From an uncultured Lentisphaeraceae bacterium (GTDB lineage: Bacteria > Verrucomicrobiota > Kiritimatiellia > RFP12 > DVOR01): DNA of 56,909 bases. Positions 20,383 to 30,141 of this stretch are shown here, piece by piece. A program made the translations under genes and the position numbers. Numbering within the stretch: position 1 is the first letter of the stretch; each line of letters begins with the position of its first letter. The notes below the pieces were generated by a model. The model ran no database searches, was not told the DNA's origin, and worked only from the letters and a program-made list of their open reading frames with translations. The stretch is taken from assembly GCA_964478335.1 (NCBI GenBank), contig CAYZIC010000004.1:1-56909 (forward strand), written 5' to 3'.

Positions 20383-20494
20383 GTCCCCTCCCCCTTAAAG
20401 GAGCGCCCAATCGCCGCTAGCAAAAGGGATAATTCCTTTTGTCGCACTTGCGTGTATGGAGGGGGATCTTAAGACCGTTATGGTCTACTGCGGA

Positions 20495-23290
20495 CTAATG
20501 AGCGACGTGCCAATTAGGCCCCGTGCCAACGGATAGGTCTAGGGGCGCCTTGAGCGGCCAGGTCTCGGTGAAGACTTGCTGAATGAGTGCGCGTACGGTT
20601 TCTTCTTCGTCCTTGGGCACGTCAAAGAGCAATTCGTCGTGGATCTGCAAGATCATCGTTGTCTTGAGGCTTGCCTGAGTCAACGCTTGGTCCATTCGGA
20701 TCATTGCCTGCTTAATAATGTCTGCAGCGGTCCCTTGTACGGGCATATTGATGGCGATGCGCTCGGCGGCTTTGCGTGTGGTGCCATTCCTCGATGCGAG
20801 ATCTGGGAGGAGTCTGCGGCGGCCGAGGAGGGTTTTGGCGTAGCCCTTTTCTTTAGCAATGGCGATAGCCTGCTCCATGAATTCCTTGATCTTAGGATAG
20901 TGGGCAAAGTAGCTATCAATCAGCGTCGTGGCGTCACGCACGGGGATTCTCAGGCGTTGAGATAGACCATAGGATGAGATACCGTAGATGATGCCAAAGT
21001 TAACCATTTTGCAATAGGAGCGTTGTTGAGGAGTGACCTGATCCATGGGGATGCCGTAGACTTTGGAGGCGGTCTGGGTGTGAATATCGACACCATCAGC
21101 AAATGCCTGTAACATCGTGGGGTCTTGACTCATCTCTGCCATAATGCGCAATTCCACTTGGGAATAGTCCGCCGCAATCAAGACATGGTCACGATCCGAT
21201 GCGACGATTGCTTCGCGAATGCGTTGGCCGCGGTCTGAGCGAACGGGGATATTTTGCAAGTTTGGATTGGATGATGAGAGGCGGCCCGTTTCAGTAAAGG
21301 CTTGGTTAAAGGTCGTGTGAATCTTACCCGTCTGCGGATCGATGTGGGTGGGCAATTTGTCGACATAGGTATTTTTGAGCTTTTGGCAAGCTCTGTAGTC
21401 TAGGATGAGGTCGACAATTGGATGGGCATCGCGCAATTTAAGAAGGGTCTCTTCGTCGGTCTTAAATTGTCCAGTTGCTGTTTTTTTAGCATAGGGGTCG
21501 ATTTTGAGGGTGTCAAAGAGCAGGGTGCCGATCTGTTTTGGGGAGGCGATATTGAGCGTACCTGGGGCATAGGCGCGAATGGCCGCATCGAGCGTAAGCA
21601 GCTCGCCCTCTAATTCTTGACCAAAGAGTCTCAAGGCTTGCTGGTCAATCGTGACACCAGCATTCTCCATTTTGAGGAGCACATTCTGGAGAGGCTCTTC
21701 GCACTGTTCCAAGAGGTCGATGAGGCCTTTTTGAGCGACCAAAGGCCGCAGGACATCTTCGAGTTGGAGGGTGACATCGGCATCTTCTGCGGCGTAATCA
21801 GCGATTGTCTCTGGCTTTAATTGGGCCATGTTGCCGTCTTTTTTCTCACCGATCAGCTGACTAATCGGGATGGGGTCGTAGTTGAGATACTGCCGGGCAA
21901 GGTGATCCATATTATGACGGTCTGTTGCATCGATCAAGTAGTGGGCTAATATGGTATCATGGCAAATCCCTAAAAAATCAAATCCATAGTGCTGCAATAC
22001 TTGGCGATCAAACTTGAGGTTATGACCAATGACCACCTTGGTGCGATCGGCAAAGATTGGGGTGAAGCGTTTGAGTAGCATCTCCACGCCCCAGTCGTCC
22101 TCGGGAAAAGGCACATACCACGCTCTGTGGGGTGCAGTCGCAAAAGAACACCCCACCGCTCGGTCTGCTCGTGGGTTTAAGCCGGTCGTCTCGGTATCAA
22201 AGGCAAATCGCTCTGCAGCTTGCAGTGCGCAGAGTAGCTCATCCCACTGCTCTTCTGTTTGCACGCAGGTATAGGTATGCTCGATGGTTTTGACAGAATC
22301 ATAATTCGTTGTGACCAGTGTCGCGTGCGATGCGGGTGCAAGTGTCGCGGAGACGGTATCCTTGGCTGGAGCATGCTGCGCAAAGAGCGGTAAATCGCCT
22401 AGGTCATTTGTAGACGCTGTGGATCGAGCCGATGAGGCAAAGGCCACGCCAAGGCGATTGGCCACTTGATTGAGCTCGTACTTGCCCAAAACGGGTGCCA
22501 AACGCGTTGCATCAATGGGCTTGACGGCGATTTCATCCCACGCTAAGACCATCGGCACATCTCGCCGAATGGTGACTAAATCGTAACTGAGGCGAGCGAT
22601 TTGCTCGTTATCACGGATCTTTTCACCCAGCTTGCCCTTAATCTCCCCAGCGTGCGCTAAGACCCCCTCAAAGGATCCCCAGTCTTGCAAAAGCTTCACC
22701 GCAGTCTTGGGGCCGACACCTGGTAGACCAGGGATATTGTCCGAGGCATCACCTGTCAACGCCAAGTAGTCAATCACTTGATCAGCCGTGGACAAGCCAA
22801 ACTTATCACAGATATCTTGTGCACTGAGGACTTTGCCATCGCGATAGATAGAGACGTGGTCGCCAGCAAGCTGACCCAAGTCTTTATCTGGTGAGGCAAT
22901 AAAGACCTCAAAGCCATCGGCCACGCCGCGCGTTGCCAGCGTACCCAAGACATCGTCTGCCTCGTAACCCTCTACACGAATCACGGGAATGCCCAATGCT
23001 TGAGCCAATTCTGTCGCCATCGGGATCGAGGCGATGATATCCTCAGGGGCTTTATCGCGCTGTGCCTTGTAGAGCGGATACATCTGGTGACGAAAGGTCG
23101 GGCTGAGAGATTCTGCGGCAAAGGCGATATGCGTGGGCTGCTGCTCTTTAAGGATCTGCACCAAGGTCGTTGCCAGCAGCGACACGCAGGCGGTATTGAT
23201 CCCTGTGGCCGTCATCGGGGGGCGATTCATAAAGACGAAGTATCCCCGATACAGGATCGGCATGAGGTCAATAATAAAAAGTCGATTCAT
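20495..23290 (-). CDS. polA: DNA polymerase I
   Basis: 5'-3' exonuclease (YEADD, GDASDNIPG), 3'-5' exonuclease (FDTETTG), polymerase (ADYSQVELR, NFGIIYG, QIHDELL). Confidence 0.98.
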   Translation of the reverse strand: MNRLFIIDLMPILYRGYFVFMNRPPMTATGINTACVSLLATTLVQILKEQQPTHIAFAAESLSPTFRHQMYPLYKAQRDKAPEDIIASIPMATELAQALGIPVIRVEGYEADDVLGTLATRGVADGFEVFIASPDKDLGQLAGDHVSIYRDGKVLSAQDICDKFGLSTADQVIDYLALTGDASDNIPGLPGVGPKTAVKLLQDWGSFEGVLAHAGEIKGKLGEKIRDNEQIARLSYDLVTIRRDVPMVLAWDEIAVKPIDATRLAPVLGKYELNQVANRLGVAFASSARSTASTNDLGDLPLFAQHAPAKDTVSATLAPASHATLVTTNYDSVKTIEHTYTCVQTEEQWDELLCALQAAERFAFDTETTGLNPRADRAVGCSFATAPHRAWYVPFPEDDWGVEMLLKRFTPIFADRTKVVIGHNLKFDRQVLQHYGFDFLGICHDTILAHYLIDATDRHNMDHLARQYLNYDPIPISQLIGEKKDGNMAQLKPETIADYAAEDADVTLQLEDVLRPLVAQKGLIDLLEQCEEPLQNVLLKMENAGVTIDQQALRLFGQELEGELLTLDAAIRAYAPGTLNIASPKQIGTLLFDTLKIDPYAKKTATGQFKTDEETLLKLRDAHPIVDLILDYRACQKLKNTYVDKLPTHIDPQTGKIHTTFNQAFTETGRLSSSNPNLQNIPVRSDRGQRIREAIVASDRDHVLIAADYSQVELRIMAEMSQDPTMLQAFADGVDIHTQTASKVYGIPMDQVTPQQRSYCKMVNFGIIYGISSYGLSQRLRIPVRDATTLIDSYFAHYPKIKEFMEQAIAIAKEKGYAKTLLGRRRLLPDLASRNGTTRKAAERIAINMPVQGTAADIIKQAMIRMDQALTQASLKTTMILQIHDELLFDVPKDEEETVRALIQQVFTETWPLKAPLDLSVGTGPNWHVAH

Positions 23291-23324
23291 AATAAAATCC
23301 TTAATTGAGGCGTTATTCCAGCCC

Positions 23325-23939
23325 CTAGAGATAGGTCAAGAGCTCAGGTAGCGACTGAATGATCGGCACGCACGCTTGACTCAGCCGTGCATCATCTTGA
23401 TGCCCATGATTCACGAGAATAGCATGCCAGCCGAGCGCTTTGGCAACCTCTGCATCATGCAGGGTGTCACCGACGAGCAAAGTCCCAGCGGGCAGATTGA
23501 GCGAACGAGCCTTGTTTTGCTTAGAGGAGCCATTGACATTATCACTCCCAATCACAGCATCAAATAGATCCAGCAAGTCGGACTCTCGCACTTGGTCAAA
23601 CAATAGATTTTGCTCTAAGGCAGACAAGATCATTAGCCGATAGCCACGAGCACGACAGGCCTGGAGCGTTTCGCGAGCTTGCAGGTGTGGACGTAGCTTG
23701 GGGGAAATGCAAAAGCGCAAATGGTACACTTCGGCAATAGAGACCCAAGATTCAGGATCGGGCTCTAACCCCAAGTGATGGTAAAAGGCAGGCACAGGGT
23801 AGACAAACTGTGCCCGATAATCTGCCAGAGACAATCGAGGCAGGTTGTGCGTGCGCAAGATCGCATTCAGTGAATCAAGACTCGCCTGCACATCATTGAG
23901 CAGGGTACCATTCCAATCCCAAACAATTGTCTTGCACAT
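23325..23939 (-). CDS. HAD-family phosphatase
   Basis: WDWNGTLLND, VGDTLHDAEVA. Confidence 0.88.
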   Translation of the reverse strand: MCKTIVWDWNGTLLNDVQASLDSLNAILRTHNLPRLSLADYRAQFVYPVPAFYHHLGLEPDPESWVSIAEVYHLRFCISPKLRPHLQARETLQACRARGYRLMILSALEQNLLFDQVRESDLLDLFDAVIGSDNVNGSSKQNKARSLNLPAGTLLVGDTLHDAEVAKALGWHAILVNHGHQDDARLSQACVPIIQSLPELLTYL

Positions 23940-23975
23940 GGCTCTGCCTGCTCTACTCCATCCAGTACCCTACAA

Positions 23976-24785
23976 CTAGTTTGCAGGAGTCTGGCTACGA
24001 TATTTCGTGCGACAATCGGAGCAGTAAAAAAAGCTCTTATCCCACGTGGTTTCCTCTTCCTTACCACAGTTGTCGCACGTCCGAATGCGCTTGGCGCGTT
24101 GCAAACGACAATCTGCGCAATAAAACTCATCACCGCCCCAAGTGGTTTCCTCCTCCTTACCGCAGCGCATACACGCGCGCACTTGCGCACTGCGCTTAAG
24201 ACGAAAGTCTACCGCATGCTCATCCATAAAGAGATGAGGGAAATCAAAACACTTTGGTGCAGCCAAGAGCGACGCACTCGAAACGGACCTCCCCTTAATG
24301 GGATTGAGTGCGACCAATTGCACACGCTTACCCAGCGAACGGATCTTTTGCAAGACCGGGATATAGTCAGGCGTCCCACCGATCAAGACAGCCACATCAT
24401 AGGCCCCAGGCTGCATTGCGTAGTAAGTCATCGAGGCGGCCAGATTAGCATTCACCCATTTATCCTCAGGAGAGGCATCGGGATCACGACGAAAATCAAT
24501 CTCCATAATGTCCATCTCATAGCCACACTGCTCACTCAAAAAGTGATAAAACGTCGTCTGCTTGGCGGGATTATAACCGACCTTATTCACAGGAATCGTG
24601 CCAAAATAGTTCGTGCGCACAATATCGACATCCAAACCAATCGTCTCGGCCAAGGTTTGAGCCACGATATCAGGAATGCGCTTGTAATCGACCTCAAAGC
24701 CATGCTCATTGAGCGTATCAAACAGAACCTGCCGAGATTTATACAACCAAGCCCCATCAATAAACAACATTGCGCGAATAGACAT
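23976..24785 (-). CDS. NYN/LabA (PIN-fold) domain protein with two C-terminal zinc ribbons
   Basis: LFIDGAWL, YDVAVLIGG.PDY, GKRVQLV; CxxC-N14-CxxC occurs twice. Confidence 0.8.
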   Translation of the reverse strand: MSIRAMLFIDGAWLYKSRQVLFDTLNEHGFEVDYKRIPDIVAQTLAETIGLDVDIVRTNYFGTIPVNKVGYNPAKQTTFYHFLSEQCGYEMDIMEIDFRRDPDASPEDKWVNANLAASMTYYAMQPGAYDVAVLIGGTPDYIPVLQKIRSLGKRVQLVALNPIKGRSVSSASLLAAPKCFDFPHLFMDEHAVDFRLKRSAQVRACMRCGKEEETTWGGDEFYCADCRLQRAKRIRTCDNCGKEEETTWDKSFFYCSDCRTKYRSQTPAN

Positions 24786-25188
24786 ACTTCAAAAACCTTT
24801 CTTATCTAACTTATAAAAACCTTTGGAATTAAGGATCCTTTATAATCTCCCAATTCCTCCATTTAGTACTACGGATCATAGCATAGCCGCCCACACAAAG
24901 CAAGCACAAAATCCCAATCATGCAATAAAAAACGGCTCTTGGAACGACCTGCGGCCTTTTGGAAGAGTCGCCGCCCACTGTTACAGTCCACTGTTCACTC
25001 GCTGCAAGCTCGCCTGCGCAAGCCTGCATTCTTTGTATATTGAGGCATTTATTCTTAAACGCCAGCCACCCTTGCTCTCCCCAAATCCGGCTCTTGTGCG
25101 ATTATAGTGGGTAATAGACAGAGCAAAGATCAGTGTCCCCAGCCCTCTGCCTGAGACCGAGACCAAAGCTACCCCGCCACATGATCAA

Positions 25189-25326
25189 TTGCAATGTCAT
25201 TGCACAATGCCTTGCAATGACATGATTATTTACCTTGCAACCCAAAAGAGGAATGCCTTGCAATCCAAAAATAGTTTAGACTGCAACCCATTTCACATTT
25301 ATGTTATAACCCATTTTATGACACCT
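25189..25326. repeat. 23-bp periodic TTGCAA array (iteron-like)
   Basis: (T/C)TGCAA at 25189, 25212, 25235, 25258, 25281; degenerate ttataacccatt at 25304. Confidence 0.75.
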
Positions 25327-25448
25327 TAGTAGATAGATTGATCAAAACCAGAGCCATCCATTTAATTGTTTCTTTAAGGGGGAGGGGCTCTGGGTTGTCT
25401 ACGTCAAACCCATTAAAATCGAACAAGATCCCCAAATCCCCCCGATAA

Positions 25449-25486
25449 AAAACGCCAAAGTGTAAACGTTTACACTTTGGCGTTTT
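25449..25486. terminator. Perfect 38-bp palindrome, probable terminator of the mnmE operon
   Basis: aaaacgccaaagtgtaaac|gtttacactttggcgtttt. Confidence 0.7.
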
Positions 25487-25645
25487 CCGTCTCGCGAGCG
25501 CAGCGAGCTCAATGTTTGGTGCTAGAGGCAGGCACCTGCCTCTTAATGCCTGATGCTTGATGCGGGCGAGCGCAGCAAGCACTCTCTGCTTGAGCAAGCA
25601 TTGGCACAGGCTACGGCGGTTCCCGCACAGGCTCCGCCGCTGGTC

Positions 25646-26977
25646 TTATTTACCGACGCAAAATGTGGAGAAAATACGATCGAGGAGGTCGTGGGTGTAG
25701 GCTTTTCCGAGGATTCTAGCAAGGGCTTGGGTGGCGCTGCGTAGATGCTCGGCGGCGGGGACATAACCGATGGGGCCTGCGGTAAATTGGGCTGTGGCGG
25801 CTTGCAATTCTTGTTGGGCGAGGGTGAGCTCGCTGTAGTGGCGCTGGTCGACGACTTGGGCGACTGGCTCGGTGGTGCTGAGCTGCAACTGATCTCGCAG
25901 GGCTTGACAAACGCTCTCTTTGGCGTGGTCTGGATGCTCTCGGATGGAGATGTGTGTCACCGTTTGCTCTTGGTCGCTCTTGTTGATCAAGTGGATGGTG
26001 CGCTCAGGAGGTAGGGTTTGAATGAAGGTTTCTTCTTCGGGGTCGATGGGTGCGGTGTGGGATTTGAGGTAAATGACAACATCGGCTTGGCCTATCATGG
26101 CGTGGGCGCGGTCGACGCCTTCGTGCTCGATGGCGCAGGCGGTTTGCCGAAGGCCAGCTGTATCAACCAATCGGATGGGAACGCCGTCAAGGTCGAGGCG
26201 TTCTTCAATACTGTCGCGTGTGGTGCCGGCTGCGGCGTTGACGATGGCTCGGTTATAACCAAGCAAAAGATTGAGCAGGGATGATTTACCGGCATTGGGT
26301 TTGCCTGCGATGACGACAAGTGCGCCATCGCGCATGAGGCGGCCTTGGTGCCAAGTGGCGAGGAGCTGGGTGAGCGATTGGTTGAGGGTGGCGATCTGGT
26401 CATGGGCTTGCTCCTCAAAGCGAACGGGCAATTCGCCTTCGTCAAAGTCAAGCAGGTTCTCGACTTGCGCTGATAGGGTAAGCAGACTCTGATAAAGGGG
26501 GGCTAGGGTGCGGGACAAACGGCCGGCTAGCTGGTCGTGGGCGGCCTTGGCGGCGCGCTCTGTACGGGCTTGAATGATGTCACAGACGGCTTCTGCTTGG
26601 GTGAGGTCTATGCGACCATTGAGGAAGGCGCGTTTGGTGAATTCTCCGGGCTCTGCGGGTTGGGCACCGTGGCGGTAGAGGAGCTTGAGGATGCGCTCTG
26701 CGCTGACGGTTCCGCCGTGGCATTGGACCTCGACGACGTCTTCGCCAGTATAGCTATGGGGAGCCTTAAAGATGAGGACAATGGCATCGTCGATAGGGGT
26801 GTCGCCATCGAGAATCGTCGTATAAAAGAAACTATTGGCGGGACGCTGGCTAGGTTTGACGCGACTGGAGACCACTGGATCTAGGGTAAGAGCGGCATCT
26901 TGGCCAGAGAGTCGAATAACGGAAACACCACCTGCTCCTGGTGCGGTGGCGCAAGCTGCGATGAGGTGTGCATTCAT
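25646..26977 (-). CDS. mnmE: tRNA modification GTPase MnmE/TrmE
   Basis: SYTGEDVVE..HGG, GKPNAGKSS, GTTRD, DTAGLR, C-terminal FCVGK. Confidence 0.97.
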   Translation of the reverse strand: MNAHLIAACATAPGAGGVSVIRLSGQDAALTLDPVVSSRVKPSQRPANSFFYTTILDGDTPIDDAIVLIFKAPHSYTGEDVVEVQCHGGTVSAERILKLLYRHGAQPAEPGEFTKRAFLNGRIDLTQAEAVCDIIQARTERAAKAAHDQLAGRLSRTLAPLYQSLLTLSAQVENLLDFDEGELPVRFEEQAHDQIATLNQSLTQLLATWHQGRLMRDGALVVIAGKPNAGKSSLLNLLLGYNRAIVNAAAGTTRDSIEERLDLDGVPIRLVDTAGLRQTACAIEHEGVDRAHAMIGQADVVIYLKSHTAPIDPEEETFIQTLPPERTIHLINKSDQEQTVTHISIREHPDHAKESVCQALRDQLQLSTTEPVAQVVDQRHYSELTLAQQELQAATAQFTAGPIGYVPAAEHLRSATQALARILGKAYTHDLLDRIFSTFCVGK

Positions 26978-28947
26978 GGTAGAGTATCTGCATAGGCGGC
27001 AATGGCCGCAGGGATGGTGGCGGTGGGGCTAATAACGGTGGGCTCAAGGCCATACTGTCGGAGCGCTTGGGCGGTCGGTTGCCCAAGCACGATCAAATCG
27101 CACTCAAAAGCCCCAAGTCCATGCTGAGCGTAAAGGCTGTGCACAGCACTGGCACTGGCAAAAAAGATCGCATCGACTTGTGGCAAAGGCTCAATGGTGA
27201 GTTGCTCATTGTCGTAGAGGATGCAGTCTGTGCCAATCTGCCAGGAGGCTTTAGCCGAACGCACCCGCAAGACGTTGCGTCCAGTAAGGTCGGGCAAGCA
27301 GGCTTGGAGGCCTTTGGCGGAGTAATCACTCTCAGGCATGATATCGATGGTGATGCCAGCCTCTGCGAAGACTTGAGCGGTGCCTGGTCCACACACGGCA
27401 ATACGGGGCAAGTCTCGACGGTCATAGGCTCGCGAAGCAAGAAGAATGCGTGCAGCGGCAGGTGAGGTGACGACGAGATCGTCAAAGGTGGCCATTTGGC
27501 TGAGAATCGTCTCGGCAGTTGGTCTTGGTACGAGCTTGATCAGCGGCTGCACGCAGGGTTTGCCACCGAGGTCGAGAATGGCCGTGCGGGCCTTTTCTGT
27601 GATGGCATCGCTGGCGGTCGTCCAAATGCGACGGCCTTGCAGAGGCCCCATCTTTTGCGGGTAGCTGTAGCGAGCGAGATCGCCGACAATAATAAGGCCT
27701 GGGGCATCGGTCGTGGCAGTGTAGGTGGCGAGATCGCCAACGGTGTGGTGCTCTACCTGTGTATCATAGCGCCCAGCATTGTAGACAATGGCGACGGGTG
27801 TCACTGCGGGATAACGTATGGCAAGTGCTGCACAGGTGGCGATTGACATAAAGTAAACCGTCGGCGTGGCCTCTCCTGCTGAGCGAAGCGTCTCAACAGT
27901 AAAGCCCTTGGAGGCTTCTCTGCGCGTCAACAAGATACCCGTAGCAGTGGTTGCGGCGGTCAATGCTGAGACACCTGGCCACACGTGATAGGCAATGCCG
28001 AGGGCATCAAGCGCGCTGACCTCTTCGGCGAGACGGCCAAAGAGTCCCGCATCTCCGCCTTTAAGGCGGACAACGCGATAGCCACAACGAGCTTTATCGC
28101 AGAGTAATTGGGTGATCTGGGCTTGCTTCATGTAGTGCGCACCGCTGCGTTTGCCCACAGGGATTGCTTGGCAATGGGGTGGCAAATAGGCGAGCAGATC
28201 GGCTCCCAGCAGCGTATCATAGAGACAGACATCGGCTTGGCTCAACTCTCGGGCACCAGCTAACGTGCAGAGCTCACCATCCCCTACCCCAGCACTGATG
28301 AATCGCACCGCCTTGGTGTGGCGGGCTCGCAGCTGGGTAAAGCTGGGATCCCCTTTGCGGAAGGTCATCGCCAAGCGCCCTTGTCCCTCAGGTGGCGGCA
28401 GCTCGTCTAGGGGAATCACCTCGGAGATACGATTGCGTAGACCGAGACGATTGAGCGCAGCGACGGCCATAATGAGGCAGTCGTAGTGACCAGCATCAAG
28501 TTGGTCAAGGCGTTGCTGGATCGTGCCACGAATGGGTGCCTGCACGCCGTTGGGCAAGATTCGCAGGGCGTAGCTGGTGCGGCGTTCACTACTGACGCCG
28601 ATGCGGGGATTGACGGGCAGGGTGTCGCGTGTCACACCGGGGGCAAAGACCCATGCGTCAGTGGGGTCTTCTCCACCGGGCAACCAAAACCAATCAATGT
28701 CCTCAGCCTGATCAGGAGGCAAGTCCTTGGCACTGTGAATGGCACAATCGATCTGATGGTTACGCAATGCCTCATCAAGACCTTGGGTAAAGAAATCACC
28801 AGGACTGCTACGCAGATCGGTCTTGAGGTCGCGGTCGCCGGGGGTGTCAATAGGACAAAGGGTATAGGCCAAGCCTAATGCCTGTACGGCTCCTTCGGTT
28901 TGTAAGAGGGCTAGGGGGCTTTTTCTTGTGCCTACACGAATTGTCAT
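26974..28947 (-). CDS. hemC: Fusion of truncated HemC, CobA/CysG-A (uroporphyrinogen-III methyltransferase) and HemD
   Basis: IRVGTRKSPLA, HSAKDLP, SSERR; then RLKGGD..LFGR..EE, PGVSA; then VVTSP, VCGPGTA, FASASAV; ATG 28947 with RBS GAGGTG. Confidence 0.88.
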   Translation of the reverse strand: MTIRVGTRKSPLALLQTEGAVQALGLAYTLCPIDTPGDRDLKTDLRSSPGDFFTQGLDEALRNHQIDCAIHSAKDLPPDQAEDIDWFWLPGGEDPTDAWVFAPGVTRDTLPVNPRIGVSSERRTSYALRILPNGVQAPIRGTIQQRLDQLDAGHYDCLIMAVAALNRLGLRNRISEVIPLDELPPPEGQGRLAMTFRKGDPSFTQLRARHTKAVRFISAGVGDGELCTLAGARELSQADVCLYDTLLGADLLAYLPPHCQAIPVGKRSGAHYMKQAQITQLLCDKARCGYRVVRLKGGDAGLFGRLAEEVSALDALGIAYHVWPGVSALTAATTATGILLTRREASKGFTVETLRSAGEATPTVYFMSIATCAALAIRYPAVTPVAIVYNAGRYDTQVEHHTVGDLATYTATTDAPGLIIVGDLARYSYPQKMGPLQGRRIWTTASDAITEKARTAILDLGGKPCVQPLIKLVPRPTAETILSQMATFDDLVVTSPAAARILLASRAYDRRDLPRIAVCGPGTAQVFAEAGITIDIMPESDYSAKGLQACLPDLTGRNVLRVRSAKASWQIGTDCILYDNEQLTIEPLPQVDAIFFASASAVHSLYAQHGLGAFECDLIVLGQPTAQALRQYGLEPTVISPTATIPAAIAAYADTLP

Positions 28948-28955
28948 CGAGCACC

Positions 28956-29681
28956 TCAATCGTAGATAATTTCAGGGAAAGGATTGGCACCGATTTTAAC
29001 CTTGGGGCGTTGACCAAAGAGAGCAGTACCCACGCGGATATCCGTGGCACCCTCCTCGATTGCAATCTCAAAATCCCCCGTCATTCCCATGGAGAGATGA
29101 GGCAAGACAATGCCCAGCTGAGCCTCCATATCATCGCGCAATTGACGCAACTTAGCGAAGTAAGGGCGAGCGGCCTCTGGGTCTGGATTAAATGGAGCCA
29201 TGGTCATCAACCCCGTCACGGTCAAAGGAGCATCGAGGGTTGCCTTCAGCACGGCGGGAAGCGTCTCGGGAGTCAAGCCATACTTGGAGGGTTCGCCAGA
29301 GACATTGACCTCGAGATAAATCTCAGGATGCGTGCCTGCCTCGGCGGCATTTTTCACAATCAGGTCAAAGAGCTTGATGCTATCAACAGAATGAATCACC
29401 TCAAAGAGTCTCACCGCAGCACGGGCTTTGTTGCTCTGCAAGTGACCAATGAGCTGCCAATGGGTATTCGCAGGCGAGAGGGGGATTTTCCACGTGGCTT
29501 CTTGCACCTTATTTTCGCCAAAAATGGTGAGCCCTGCATCAACAGCATCACGCACGACATCGACGCCGTGGGTTTTGGTGACAGCAATCAGCTGCACCTC
29601 GCCTCGAGAACGGTTAGCGCGCTGACAGGCGGCTTGAATACGCGCCTCGACTTGGTCGAGGGTATCGAGAATATCATTCAT
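28956..29681 (-). CDS. yggS: PLP homeostasis protein YggS
   Basis: LIAVTK, FGENKVQE, IGHLQSNK, LSMGMTGD, IRVGTALFG. Confidence 0.95.
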   Translation of the reverse strand: MNDILDTLDQVEARIQAACQRANRSRGEVQLIAVTKTHGVDVVRDAVDAGLTIFGENKVQEATWKIPLSPANTHWQLIGHLQSNKARAAVRLFEVIHSVDSIKLFDLIVKNAAEAGTHPEIYLEVNVSGEPSKYGLTPETLPAVLKATLDAPLTVTGLMTMAPFNPDPEAARPYFAKLRQLRDDMEAQLGIVLPHLSMGMTGDFEIAIEEGATDIRVGTALFGQRPKVKIGANPFPEIIYD

Positions 29682-30108
29682 GTGAGAAAGCCTTTCTTAA
29701 AAATAGAGGCGCACGGCACGGCTTTTTAGTCGTGGCATGGATAAATGCGAGCGTGGTCGAGCCATCAACGAGGAGCTCGCCAGCGGCATTGAGAATGCGA
29801 TAGACAAAGGTCATGGTGACCTTGGGCGTTTCGGGGACGGTCGTTTCGATGGTCAAAAGATCATCATAGGTGGCGCCCTTATGGTAGTTGATGACGGCTT
29901 TGACGACGGGCATCATAATGCCCGAAGCCTCGAGATCTGCGTAGGAGCCAAGACCACATGCGGACATTAATTCCGCACGCGCCACCTCAAAGTACTGGAA
30001 GTAGTTGCCATGCCATACGACACCCATGCGATCGGTCTCGACATAACGCACCCGTAAAGTCGTCCGATAGAGGAAAAGTGTGGATTTATCTGGTAGTATT
30101 GCTGGCAT
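29674..30108 (-). CDS. YbgC-like acyl-CoA thioesterase
   Basis: RVRYVETDRMGVVWHGNY..YFEVAR. Confidence 0.9.
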   Translation of the reverse strand: MPAILPDKSTLFLYRTTLRVRYVETDRMGVVWHGNYFQYFEVARAELMSACGLGSYADLEASGIMMPVVKAVINYHKGATYDDLLTIETTVPETPKVTMTFVYRILNAAGELLVDGSTTLAFIHATTKKPCRAPLFLRKAFSHE

Positions 30109-30141
30109 GAGTATGAATCCTAAATAGAGAGGTTACTCAAT

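Noticed and set aside
25282-25309. dif-like site (TTATGTTATAA)
   Set aside because: Partial XerD-arm match only; no XerC arm.
25316-25597. 93-aa ORF downstream of mnmE
   Set aside because: It runs through the terminator palindrome and repeat hairpins and has no family motif.
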